A stretch of 37,581 bases of DNA from an uncultured Bacteroides sp. (GCA_964642325.1 CAZXOJ010000003.1:1-37581); one strand, 5' to 3'. Positions 7,695-16,009 are shown, numbered from the stretch's first letter. The notes: a model not told the origin generated them from the sequence alone. Program-made: numbers and translations.

Positions 7695-10600
7695 TAAAAA
7701 GAATTTATCCGAACTTCTACCAGGTTAGTACCTGGGCGCAACCTGATAGAACCAAATCCTGGATCTGATTGCTTGCCATTAACGGTTACCACAGATTCAC
7801 CCTGGTCATCCAGGATCATCTCACCTGCCATGTTTGCCGGCAGTTCAATCGAATACTTTTTGAACCTTTCGGAAACGCGTTGATAATTGCAGGTAATTGA
7901 TCCGCGTATGGTTGGATAGGTAATAGTACTATGCTTCAGATCAGCCAGTTGGGGTTGAATGCTTACCACACCAAAACCAGCTGTTTTTGGCTGTATTCCC
8001 CACAGGTGCCGCGGAATAATATTGGCTGGTGCTGCCCCCCAGGCATGATTCCAGTCCTGGTTCGGTTTGTATTTCAGATCCCAGGCCTCCCATGTAATGG
8101 TTGTCCCGGATTCAATCATATGCCACCAGCTCCTTTCATTCAATGCGGTCATTAAATCGAGGGCGTATGCTGCTTCCCCGGCCTTATATAGCCCTTCCAG
8201 CAAATACTGTGAACCATATACACTGCAGGCCATGCCACGTGATTTAATAAATTCCACCACAGAATCTTTATACTTATCAGGGACAATGCCAAAATTAAGC
8301 GCCATCATATTAGCATGCAATGAGGAATGCGTTGCTCCTTCTCCATCTATGTAGATGCCTTTCTTCGGGTCAAACAGTTTCTCATTAATCGTTTTCTTCA
8401 CCTTGGCAGCCATGAACTCGAAATGGTTCCTGTCAGCTGGTTTATCCAGTAAGCCGGCAATTTCAGCCAAAAGAACCATATTTAAATAGAAGAAGCTGTT
8501 TACCACAGTATTTACTGGCAACATTTGATGACCGTCACGTTCACCTTCAGTGGTGGCCAGTTTCCAGCCGGTATCTTTTTGTGCCGGAGGCCAGTCTACA
8601 ATATCCCTGAGCCTGGCAGTAGTATCCTTAAAACCAAGATTTTGCATAAACTGACCATTTGCTTCTCCAGTATGTGTACTGATCAGGCCATCTTCACGCG
8701 CCAGACCCATCAATGATTTTTGCTTGAGTAAGTCGTAGTAAGCTTCCATCAATTCAGTATCGCCAGTGTAATTATAATCCTCCATGACCAACATGGAGGT
8801 ATGCAATAGCCACTCTGTCGGCCAGGTTGGATGATCCATGAAATGTTCAATGGTTTGCTTCGCCATGGAATATTCACTGTCAGTACAGAAATGTCCAAGC
8901 TGATTTATGTATGCATCACCTTCATAAGGAATTCGTTCACGGTCACCATCTATGTAGAATCCAGTAAAGGAAGTGGCCTTCATGCTGTATTTACAGATGT
9001 CCCAGATCTGGTTCAATACTGTATCTGAAGATGAAAATTGGCTCTGTCCGTAGTCAAAGTATTGAAAATAGGCCTTCTGCCTGACATCATCAGCTGTGAG
9101 TTCACCGTCAGCCTGTTCGATCTCACAGTACCTGAAGGGCGTAATTACTTCAAAAGAATCAGGCAGAAGGACTGCCTTTTGATTGGTATTCCGCTGATCG
9201 GGAGGAAGATCTATCAGGTAATGGCTCTTTTCGGGATGGACCGGCATTTTTATTTCCTGGGAACGGATTGAACCACCTGGCTCCATGTCTATCTTTCCTT
9301 CCAGAAGTTTTTCGCCTAATCGTATGAGAAGTGTATCAGTCTGCCTTGTTTGATAGGTAAGTTCGAGGGTTCCGAAAGCATCCTTGCCAAAATCGATAAA
9401 ATAACTACCGGGAGCAAGCTTTGTAAAATTTCGGGGAGAAATCATTTCGGTCTGGAAAAAATTCTGGGTGGAAATTGTCTCCTGAAACAGCGCAGTCCTA
9501 TACGCCTGGGGATCGGAATACTCTGTCAGCCGGTTGTCCTGGTCCCATATCCTTACTTTCCAAAAATATTTAGTATTGGGTTGAAGTGGCGGCCCTCCAT
9601 GCTCGACGTTGATGGACTGATCACTTCTCACCTGTTTGCTGTCCCAAACATCTCCAATATTTTTCTCCAGGAGTTCTTGAGTTGTAGCAACCAGTACCTG
9701 ATAGGCTTTTTGAAATACAGCTTCATCAGGAACAACCCAGCTATATTCAGGCAAAGGGTCTTGAATGGGTGTCTGATGCGGGTCTCTGAGATATTCAACA
9801 CGCATTCCTGTTGGACCACCCCCACCAGGGTAACCGAATGTCTCAGCTAATTCATTGCACTTTTGACGCAAAGAGGAAAGCACATTTTTGAAATCATCCT
9901 TTCCTGCAAGGTTGTTTATTTCTCTGGGATCTTTGTCAAGATTGTAGAGTTCTTCTACGGAACGGTCATTTACATATCGGAAATATTTCCAATTCGGAGT
10001 CCGGACTCCTTCACTGGGAGGTATATTCTCAAACTCCCATAAATGCTCAATTAGAACCGTGTCACGGGCTATGGATTTTGATTTTCCGGACACAAGCGGA
10101 TAGAGGCTCTTTCCATGCCACGTTGCAGGTTGCTCCAGGCCGGCAATATCCAATATGGTAGCCGGCACATCGATATTCAGGGCCATTTCATCAATATCTT
10201 TATGCCCCTTTGACCGGGGATCATAGATGATCAATGGTACCCGGATGGAATTATCGTGCATCAACCATTTTCCTGCCAATTGCCTTTCGCCCAAATAATA
10301 TCCGTTATCACCCATCAAAATGATCACAGTATTTTTGTCGAGACCTTTCTCTTTTAACTTCTTCCTGATTTTGGCAATTTCAAGATCAATCCCACCTATC
10401 ATACGGTAATAACCTTTCACGCTGTGCTGGTATTTTTCAGGTGTATCATATCTCCAATGCCATCGGGTACGGTTGAAACCTTCGCGAACGGGCTGCGGTA
10501 GCTGCTGAAAATATTTATCCTCGGCCAAATCTGGACCGGGCATTATCATGTCCTGGTACAGGGGATCAGTTTCTTTCTGCCAGAAATATTGTTCTTCCGC

Positions 10601-11224
10601 CCCGTCATGAGCATGTGGCGCACTAAAGCTGAGAGACAGGCAAAATGCTCTGTCAGCCGGGGACTCTTCAATAAAATCAATTGCTTTCTGGCCGGTATAG
10701 CGTGTTAAGTGGACGGTATCTTTGCCCAGCGTTTTATAATAGTACCCCCTGTAGTCAGTAAATCTATTATTTCGGTCATAATCTTCGATGACATCAAACA
10801 TCCCTTCCTTTTTTGGATAATTAACCCCGAATTTCCCGAAAAAGGCTGTGCTGTACCCAGCATCTTTTAAAAGTTGGGGATAGGAATACAACATAAACCT
10901 GTCGCTGATAGCTCCGGTTTGAAAAGTATACCGGTGGCGGCGTTCATGGACACCGGTAAATAGGCTGGCCCGGCTGGCAGAACAGATCGGTGTAGTTACG
11001 ATGGCATGACTGAACCAGGTACCTTCCTTGGCCAGCTGGTCCATTTGGGGTGTCTGGATAATTTGGTTTCCGGCATGGCCCAGGGCATCCCAGCGCTGGT
11101 CATCGGTCAGGATAAAAATAATATTGGGGGGGGCATCCGGGGGACTGCCAAATACCCTTAACGGGAGCATCAAGATAAGGATTAAGCTGCTTGTTAATAT
11201 TTTTTTCAGGCCTGGGATATTCAT
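7694..11224 (-). CDS. Fusion protein: S1 formylglycine-dependent sulfatase (aa ~27-470) + GH78 alpha-L-rhamnosidase (aa ~480-1176)
   Basis: 1176-aa ORF with a signal peptide. Sulfatase: IIFILTDDQRWDALG and FGly motif TPICSASRASLFTG (Cys81, nt 10984-10982). A GGGG linker (FGYPGGGGPTG) lies at ~nt 9815-9835. GH78: rhamnosidase N-domain pattern (YSWVVP...QKAYQVLV...VWDSKQVRSDQS...TKYFWKVRIWD) and a six-hairpin catalytic region (DGDRERIPYEGDAY, DIVDWPP, ERDGH, WEAWD). Confidence 0.85.
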   Translation of the reverse strand: MNIPGLKKILTSSLILILMLPLRVFGSPPDAPPNIIFILTDDQRWDALGHAGNQIIQTPQMDQLAKEGTWFSHAIVTTPICSASRASLFTGVHERRHRYTFQTGAISDRFMLYSYPQLLKDAGYSTAFFGKFGVNYPKKEGMFDVIEDYDRNNRFTDYRGYYYKTLGKDTVHLTRYTGQKAIDFIEESPADRAFCLSLSFSAPHAHDGAEEQYFWQKETDPLYQDMIMPGPDLAEDKYFQQLPQPVREGFNRTRWHWRYDTPEKYQHSVKGYYRMIGGIDLEIAKIRKKLKEKGLDKNTVIILMGDNGYYLGERQLAGKWLMHDNSIRVPLIIYDPRSKGHKDIDEMALNIDVPATILDIAGLEQPATWHGKSLYPLVSGKSKSIARDTVLIEHLWEFENIPPSEGVRTPNWKYFRYVNDRSVEELYNLDKDPREINNLAGKDDFKNVLSSLRQKCNELAETFGYPGGGGPTGMRVEYLRDPHQTPIQDPLPEYSWVVPDEAVFQKAYQVLVATTQELLEKNIGDVWDSKQVRSDQSINVEHGGPPLQPNTKYFWKVRIWDQDNRLTEYSDPQAYRTALFQETISTQNFFQTEMISPRNFTKLAPGSYFIDFGKDAFGTLELTYQTRQTDTLLIRLGEKLLEGKIDMEPGGSIRSQEIKMPVHPEKSHYLIDLPPDQRNTNQKAVLLPDSFEVITPFRYCEIEQADGELTADDVRQKAYFQYFDYGQSQFSSSDTVLNQIWDICKYSMKATSFTGFYIDGDRERIPYEGDAYINQLGHFCTDSEYSMAKQTIEHFMDHPTWPTEWLLHTSMLVMEDYNYTGDTELMEAYYDLLKQKSLMGLAREDGLISTHTGEANGQFMQNLGFKDTTARLRDIVDWPPAQKDTGWKLATTEGERDGHQMLPVNTVVNSFFYLNMVLLAEIAGLLDKPADRNHFEFMAAKVKKTINEKLFDPKKGIYIDGEGATHSSLHANMMALNFGIVPDKYKDSVVEFIKSRGMACSVYGSQYLLEGLYKAGEAAYALDLMTALNERSWWHMIESGTTITWEAWDLKYKPNQDWNHAWGAAPANIIPRHLWGIQPKTAGFGVVSIQPQLADLKHSTITYPTIRGSITCNYQRVSERFKKYSIELPANMAGEMILDDQGESVVTVNGKQSDPGFGSIRLRPGTNLVEVRINSF

Positions 11225-11231
11225 AGCTATA

Positions 11232-14036
11232 TTACTTTAATTTTGGTTTTAAGTATTTACCGGTGTAAGATGTCGGGTGCTTGCCCAGGTCTTCCGGTGT
11301 GCCCTCAAAAAGGACCTCTCCTCCATCCTCTCCTCCTTCTGGACCCAGATCGATGATCCAGTCTGCAGATTTGATCACCTCTAGATTATGTTCGATGATG
11401 ATCAGGCTATGGCCTTTTCCGATCAATTCATTGAAGGCATCAAGCAATTTCTTGATATCATGGAAATGGAGTCCTGTTGTTGGTTCATCGAAAAGAAAAA
11501 GCAGGTTCCTTCCGGCGCTTTCCCGCGACAGAAAAGAGGCAAGTTTAACACGCTGGCTCTCACCGCCACTCAGGGTGCTGGAAGATTGTCCTAATTTTAC
11601 ATAACCAAGGCCGACATCAGCCAGTGGCCTTAGTTTATCAATGATCCTTTTTTCAGCGTTACCATCAGCCTCTGAAAAGAATTCGATTGCCTCATTTACA
11701 GTGCATTCCAGCAGGTCATAAATATTCTTTCCACGATACCTGACATCCAGTACCTCATCCTTGAAACGCTGTCCATGGCAACTGTCGCAGACCAGGTGCA
11801 CATCGGCCATAAATTGCATCTCCACCTTGATGATCCCTTCTCCCTGGCATTCCTCGCAGCGGCCACCGTCAATGTTAAATGAAAAATGGGAAGCTTTGAA
11901 TCCCTGTACAACAGACGCCTGTTGATCAGCATACAACTTCCTGATCTCGTCAAATGCCTTCAGGTAAGTAACCGGATTGGAACGTGATGACTTTCCAATG
12001 GGATGCTGGTCAACCATCTCTATGCCATCCAGCATTTGAATATCCCCCCTGACCAGGTCATGATCCCCTGGCTTATCGCCATGACCCTGAAAATTCTTTA
12101 TGAGTGCCGGGTAGAGTATACTGGTGACAAGGGATGACTTACCTGATCCACTAACCCCGGTGACAACTGTCATTACATTTAGCGGGAACTTAACATCGAT
12201 GTTCTTCAGGTTATTCTCCCTGGCTCCAAGTAACTCGATAAAATTATGCCACTTCCTCCGCTTATCGGAAATCCTTATCATTTCCTGTCCGGTCAGGTAC
12301 CTTGCGGTCATGCCAGTACCATCATCATCCAACTTGGCCGGGTCTCCCTGGAACACAACCTCTCCTCCAAGCCTCCCTGCCATGGGTCCCATGTCAATGA
12401 TTTGCTCAGATGCCCTGATGATATCTTCATCATGTTCAACAACGATCACGGTATTCCCCAGTTTTTCAAGATTCTTCAGCACCCCAATAAGCAGGTTTGT
12501 ATCCCTGGGATGCAAGCCTATGCTGGGCTCGTCCAGGATATACATAGAACCCACCAGGCTGCTGCCAAGTGAAGTGGCAAGGTTGATCCTCTGGGATTCG
12601 CCGCCTGACAGGGTGGAAGAGAGCCGGTTCATGGTAAGGTATCCCAGTCCGACCTGCACGAGGTATCCAAGCCGGTTATGGATCTCTTTGAGTATTCTTC
12701 CAGCTATTTCTCTTTCATGTTTGGAAAGCCGTATATTTTCAAAGAATTCATACAGGTCATTCACCGGCATAATTACAAGCTCCTGGATAGGGCGTTTATT
12801 GACTTTAACAAACGAAGCTTCCTCTTTCAGCCGGGTACCCTGGCATGTGGGACAGGTGGTCTTTCCCCGGTACCGGGAAAGCATGACACGGTACTGAATT
12901 TTATATTTCTTCTTCTCAAGATAGTCGAAAAATTTATTCAATCCCTTGAAATACCTATTACCGGTCCACAGCAAGCCTTTTTGTTCTGCAGTTAGCTGAT
13001 AATAAGGCTTGTGCACGGGGAAATCAAAGTTAGCAGCCTGCAAGATAAGTTTTTCCTTCCATCTGCTCATTTTTTCTCCCTTCCAGCATACGATGGCATC
13101 TTCATAGATGGATAGGCTCTTATTGGGAATAACCAGGTCTTCATCAATCCCGATAATTTTGCCATAGCCTTCACAGTTGGGACATGCACCAAGTGGATTA
13201 TTAAAACTGAACATATGGACATCCGGTTCATCAAATGTCATCCCATCTATCTCAAAGGAATCCGAGAATATACATGCCTTGTTTTCCTTGTTAATTTGTA
13301 AATGACATTTACCCTTTCCAAGGCTGAAGGCAGTCTGAATGGAATCTGCGTACCTGGCGAGTGAATCATCATCCAGCTGGACCTTAACCCTGTCGATCAC
13401 TGCCGGGACCTGGCTTCCGGGTAGAGGGAGATCATTCCCCTTCAGCACATCTTCAATCCTGTTGAATCCCGAATTCAGCTGCAACCTGGTAATTCCCTGT
13501 TTTAGCAATAATTCCATCTGTTCCCTCACATCTCTCTCGGTGACAAAATGAAAAGGGGAAAGTATGATTACCTCTGAACCTTGTCCAAGGTCAACCATGA
13601 AATTCACTACATCTGTCACAGCATGTTTTTTCACCCTACGCCCACTTACTGGTGAATAGGTCTTCCCGATCCGGGCATATAATAGTTTCAGATAATCATA
13701 AATCTCGGTTGAAGTACCAACAGTTGATCTGGGATTCCGTGTATTTACTCTCTGTTCTATGGCAATGGCAGGTGGGATGCCATTGATCATATCCACATCA
13801 GGCTTATCAATCCTTCCCAGGAATTGCCTTGCATAGGAAGAAAGGCTTTCAACATAACGCCGCTGGCCTTCGGCATAAAGCGTATCAAATGCAAGGGAAG
13901 ATTTTCCTGAGCCTGATAATCCAGTGATCACAATGAATTTATTGCGTGGGATCTTCAGATCAATATTTTTCAGGTTGTGAACCCTGGCTCCTTTTATCTC
14001 AATAAACCTTTCAGCCGATTTGACAGTTTTTGGCAT
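11232..14036 (-). CDS. uvrA: Excinuclease ABC subunit A
   Basis: 934 aa. Motifs: IEIKGARVHNLKNIDLKIPRNKFIVITGLSGSGKSSLAFDTLYAEGQRRYVESLS, two ABC ATPase modules (GLSGSGKSS, GVSGSGKSS, two LSGGE signatures), and zinc-finger Cys clusters. Confidence 0.97.
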   Translation of the reverse strand: MPKTVKSAERFIEIKGARVHNLKNIDLKIPRNKFIVITGLSGSGKSSLAFDTLYAEGQRRYVESLSSYARQFLGRIDKPDVDMINGIPPAIAIEQRVNTRNPRSTVGTSTEIYDYLKLLYARIGKTYSPVSGRRVKKHAVTDVVNFMVDLGQGSEVIILSPFHFVTERDVREQMELLLKQGITRLQLNSGFNRIEDVLKGNDLPLPGSQVPAVIDRVKVQLDDDSLARYADSIQTAFSLGKGKCHLQINKENKACIFSDSFEIDGMTFDEPDVHMFSFNNPLGACPNCEGYGKIIGIDEDLVIPNKSLSIYEDAIVCWKGEKMSRWKEKLILQAANFDFPVHKPYYQLTAEQKGLLWTGNRYFKGLNKFFDYLEKKKYKIQYRVMLSRYRGKTTCPTCQGTRLKEEASFVKVNKRPIQELVIMPVNDLYEFFENIRLSKHEREIAGRILKEIHNRLGYLVQVGLGYLTMNRLSSTLSGGESQRINLATSLGSSLVGSMYILDEPSIGLHPRDTNLLIGVLKNLEKLGNTVIVVEHDEDIIRASEQIIDMGPMAGRLGGEVVFQGDPAKLDDDGTGMTARYLTGQEMIRISDKRRKWHNFIELLGARENNLKNIDVKFPLNVMTVVTGVSGSGKSSLVTSILYPALIKNFQGHGDKPGDHDLVRGDIQMLDGIEMVDQHPIGKSSRSNPVTYLKAFDEIRKLYADQQASVVQGFKASHFSFNIDGGRCEECQGEGIIKVEMQFMADVHLVCDSCHGQRFKDEVLDVRYRGKNIYDLLECTVNEAIEFFSEADGNAEKRIIDKLRPLADVGLGYVKLGQSSSTLSGGESQRVKLASFLSRESAGRNLLFLFDEPTTGLHFHDIKKLLDAFNELIGKGHSLIIIEHNLEVIKSADWIIDLGPEGGEDGGEVLFEGTPEDLGKHPTSYTGKYLKPKLK

Positions 14037-14084
14037 GAAAATTGCTATAATTTAACAACTTGTTTAACATCTTTTAACTGTTTT

Positions 14085-14092
14085 CAAAAGTA
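14085..14092 (-). promoter_or_regulatory. Candidate -7 box TACTTTTG for uvrA
   Basis: The plus strand reads caaaagta, which is TACTTTTG on the minus strand (fits TAnnTTTG). It lies ~49 nt upstream of the uvrA ATG (14036). I saw no convincing -33 TTTG. Confidence 0.4.
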
Positions 14093-14111
14093 ATATTTTT
14101 TGTATTATAGA

Positions 14112-14119
14112 TAATTTTG
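14112..14119 (+). promoter_or_regulatory. Candidate -7 box TAATTTTG for the sigma-factor gene
   Basis: Exact TAnnTTTG match ~100 nt upstream of the start at 14222. It sits back to back with the uvrA box in the divergent intergenic region. Confidence 0.4.
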
Positions 14120-14210
14120 TTTTACTTGCACACTCAAATTCATTGTCAACAGCCAACCTAAAAACGGAGGACCGCCTATAGCTCTAGATCTACCCTGATT
14201 GAATCAAAAT

Positions 14211-14216
14211 AGGAGG
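14211..14216 (+). promoter_or_regulatory. Shine-Dalgarno-like AGGAGG, 5 nt upstream of the TTG start of the sigma-factor gene
   Basis: Sequence is ataGGAGGtagcaTTG. The in-frame stop TAG at 14210-14212 leaves TTG (14222) as the only canonical start upstream of the conserved sigma region 2. Confidence 0.5.
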
Positions 14217-14221
14217 TAGCA

Positions 14222-14812
14222 TTGAAATTACAACAACATTCAGATCAAGATCTGGTTAAACGGTTTATCCAAGGTGATCAAACCAGCATTGAGGTCCTGA
14301 TTAACAGGCACAAGAACAAAGTTTTTACATACATCATTCTCATTGTCAAAAATCAGTCACTGGCTGAGGACATTTTCCAGGATACCTTTATTAAGGTCAT
14401 TAAGTCCTTACAGGAGGGAAAATACAAAGACAATGGGAAATTTGTATCCTGGGTTATCAGAATTGCCCATAATCTGACCATTGATCATTTCAGAAAGGAA
14501 AAACAGATCAATACCTATTCCAACGAGGATTATGAGGCGGACATCTTTAACTCGAGAAAACTTTCCGAGAATACGATCGAAGATATCATGGTTGAAAGCC
14601 AGATCATCAAAGAGGTCAGGCTGCTCATCGATGAACTTCCTGAGGACCAGAAGCAAGTAATCCTATTAAGGCATTATGGAGGACTGAGTTTCAAGGAGAT
14701 AGCCGATCAAACAGATGTTAGTATCAACACGGCACTTGGCCGGATGAGATATGCATTGATCAACCTGAGAAAGCTGATTGAACAGAAAAATCTCAGTTTG
14801 ACAAAAATTTAA
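14222..14812 (+). CDS. RNA polymerase sigma-70 family factor, ECF-type
   Basis: 196 aa. Region 2: SDQDLVKRFIQGDQTSIEVLINRHKNKVF...DIFQDTFIKV...FVSWVIRIAHNLTIDHFRKE. Region 4: LPEDQKQVILLRHYGGLSFKEIADQTDVSINTALGRMRYALINLRK. TTG start. Confidence 0.85.
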   Translation: MKLQQHSDQDLVKRFIQGDQTSIEVLINRHKNKVFTYIILIVKNQSLAEDIFQDTFIKVIKSLQEGKYKDNGKFVSWVIRIAHNLTIDHFRKEKQINTYSNEDYEADIFNSRKLSENTIEDIMVESQIIKEVRLLIDELPEDQKQVILLRHYGGLSFKEIADQTDVSINTALGRMRYALINLRKLIEQKNLSLTKI

Positions 14813-14879
14813 TATCTAACATCCATACTATTTTTCCTTTTTCGCCGTTTGGTATGTATAATTACAATTTAAACTGCCT

Positions 14880-15074
14880 ATGGTGAATGTCTCTACCCTT
14901 GTCTACGTACTGGAGAATCTGGAGAGTAAGGAAGGAGCGTTAACTAATTTTGAGGAATTACTTGGAGAGGAAGAAGAATATTTGAAGAAGCTATTTAGCA
15001 AACTTGATGAGTCAGATTTGCAGGTAAATCCAGGATTAGTGAAACGCATCCTGAAAACAGCCAGTACTACTTAG
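14880..15074 (+). CDS. Small acidic hypothetical protein (64 aa) co-transcribed with the sigma factor
   Basis: ATG ORF 67 nt after the sigma stop. No terminator separates them, and a strong terminator follows this ORF. Helical and acidic (EELLGEEEEYLKKLFSKLDESDLQ). No TM segment and no recognisable anti-sigma motif. Confidence 0.4.
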   Translation: MVNVSTLVYVLENLESKEGALTNFEELLGEEEEYLKKLFSKLDESDLQVNPGLVKRILKTASTT

Positions 15075-15096
15075 AAATTCTGAACTGTATTGAAAG

Positions 15097-15134
15097 AAAG
15101 CCGCCCAACTCAAACTGAGGCGGCTTTCTTTTTG
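15097..15134 (+). terminator. Rho-independent terminator (possibly bidirectional for the convergent rsmE)
   Basis: 9-bp perfect stem aaagccgcc (15097-15105) / ggcggcttt (15119-15127), followed by a T-rich ctttttg. The A-rich 5' arm gives a T-rich tail on the minus strand too. Confidence 0.75.
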
Positions 15135-15279
15135 TAAATTGTATTAATCGCTGCTGCATATTCCGCTAGGTGAAACAAGCTAGGCAGCTTATTAAAAACC
15201 ATTTACAAAAAGAAAAACACCTGAGGTTCTCACAGAATGATAACAAACCCACATCTCTTATTTTAATATCCTTAAAATA

Positions 15280-15996
15280 TCAGTCTTCGGGTTTGTTTTG
15301 ATACAGGAGGCTGATGGCGTGGCATGCGATTATCCCCGCTGTTTCTGTTCGGTAAACTGCCTCACCCAGATTAATTTCCCGGTAAGTCTTCTGCCTGGCT
15401 TCTTCTATCTCTCCAGGGGTAAAATCACCTTCCGGTCCGATCATTATTTTCCATATTTGACCTATAACAGGCTCTGAATCTATGTGTTGGCCGGGAGTAG
15501 TATAACAATGCGCCATCAGTTGGATATCAGCCGTGGCCGTTTCAAGGAAATTGCCCAGGGGAATTTCTCTGTTTAGCCTGGGCAATAAGGCGCGGCCGCT
15601 TTGTTTCATTGCGGCGATCAGTATCTTTTGCGACCTCTCATGCCTGATGCGGTTTCGTTCAGATCGCTCACAAATAATCGGCGAGATCTCATCCACGCCT
15701 ATCTCGGTTGCTTTTTCAAGAAACCATTCAAAACGCTCAGTGCTTTTTGGAGGAGCTATAGCAATATGTAAATAATAATGCCTCTTTAAATAATCGCTGG
15801 TAACACTTTTAATAGTGACCTGGCAGGCCTTTGGGTCAGGAACCGCTATTAACCCTTTGTAGTAATTTCCCTTACCATCGACAATTTCCAGGGGATCTCC
15901 TCCGGACATGCGCAGTACTTTGACGATATGCCGGGATTCCTCCTCACTGAGTACGGCCTGTTTATGATCTATCTGACGGGTATAAAAGACAGGCAT
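15280..15996 (-). CDS. rsmE: 16S rRNA (uracil1498-N3)-methyltransferase
   Basis: 238 aa. N-terminal PUA-like MPVFYTRQI...LSEEESRHIVKVLRMSGGDPLEIVDGKG and a C-terminal SPOUT-type IGPEGDFTPGEIE...LGEAVYRTETAG. Confidence 0.9.
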   Translation of the reverse strand: MPVFYTRQIDHKQAVLSEEESRHIVKVLRMSGGDPLEIVDGKGNYYKGLIAVPDPKACQVTIKSVTSDYLKRHYYLHIAIAPPKSTERFEWFLEKATEIGVDEISPIICERSERNRIRHERSQKILIAAMKQSGRALLPRLNREIPLGNFLETATADIQLMAHCYTTPGQHIDSEPVIGQIWKIMIGPEGDFTPGEIEEARQKTYREINLGEAVYRTETAGIIACHAISLLYQNKPED

Positions 15997-16009
15997 GGGA
16001 TAATTTTAT

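Noticed and set aside
9350-9850. 166-aa plus-strand ORF and several 60-95-aa ORFs between 7931 and 9271
   Set aside because: Antisense shadows inside the sulfatase::GH78 gene. The minus-strand frame carries clear family motifs throughout.
12124-12897. 257-aa ORF on the plus strand, plus 12246-12572, 12678-12995 and 11281-11604
   Set aside because: These lie entirely antisense within the well-supported uvrA CDS. Their composition is Ser/Pro/Leu-rich and low-complexity, typical of shadow ORFs, with no motifs.
14185-14192. 8-bp palindrome tagatcta in the sigma-factor 5' leader as a possible operator
   Set aside because: Too short to be distinguished from chance, and no second half-site or repeat lies nearby.
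15200-15279. Possible terminator for rsmE (tgag/ctca stem followed by a T-rich run on the minus strand)
   Set aside because: The stem is only ~4 bp. The strong hairpin at 15097-15127 more plausibly serves both convergent units.
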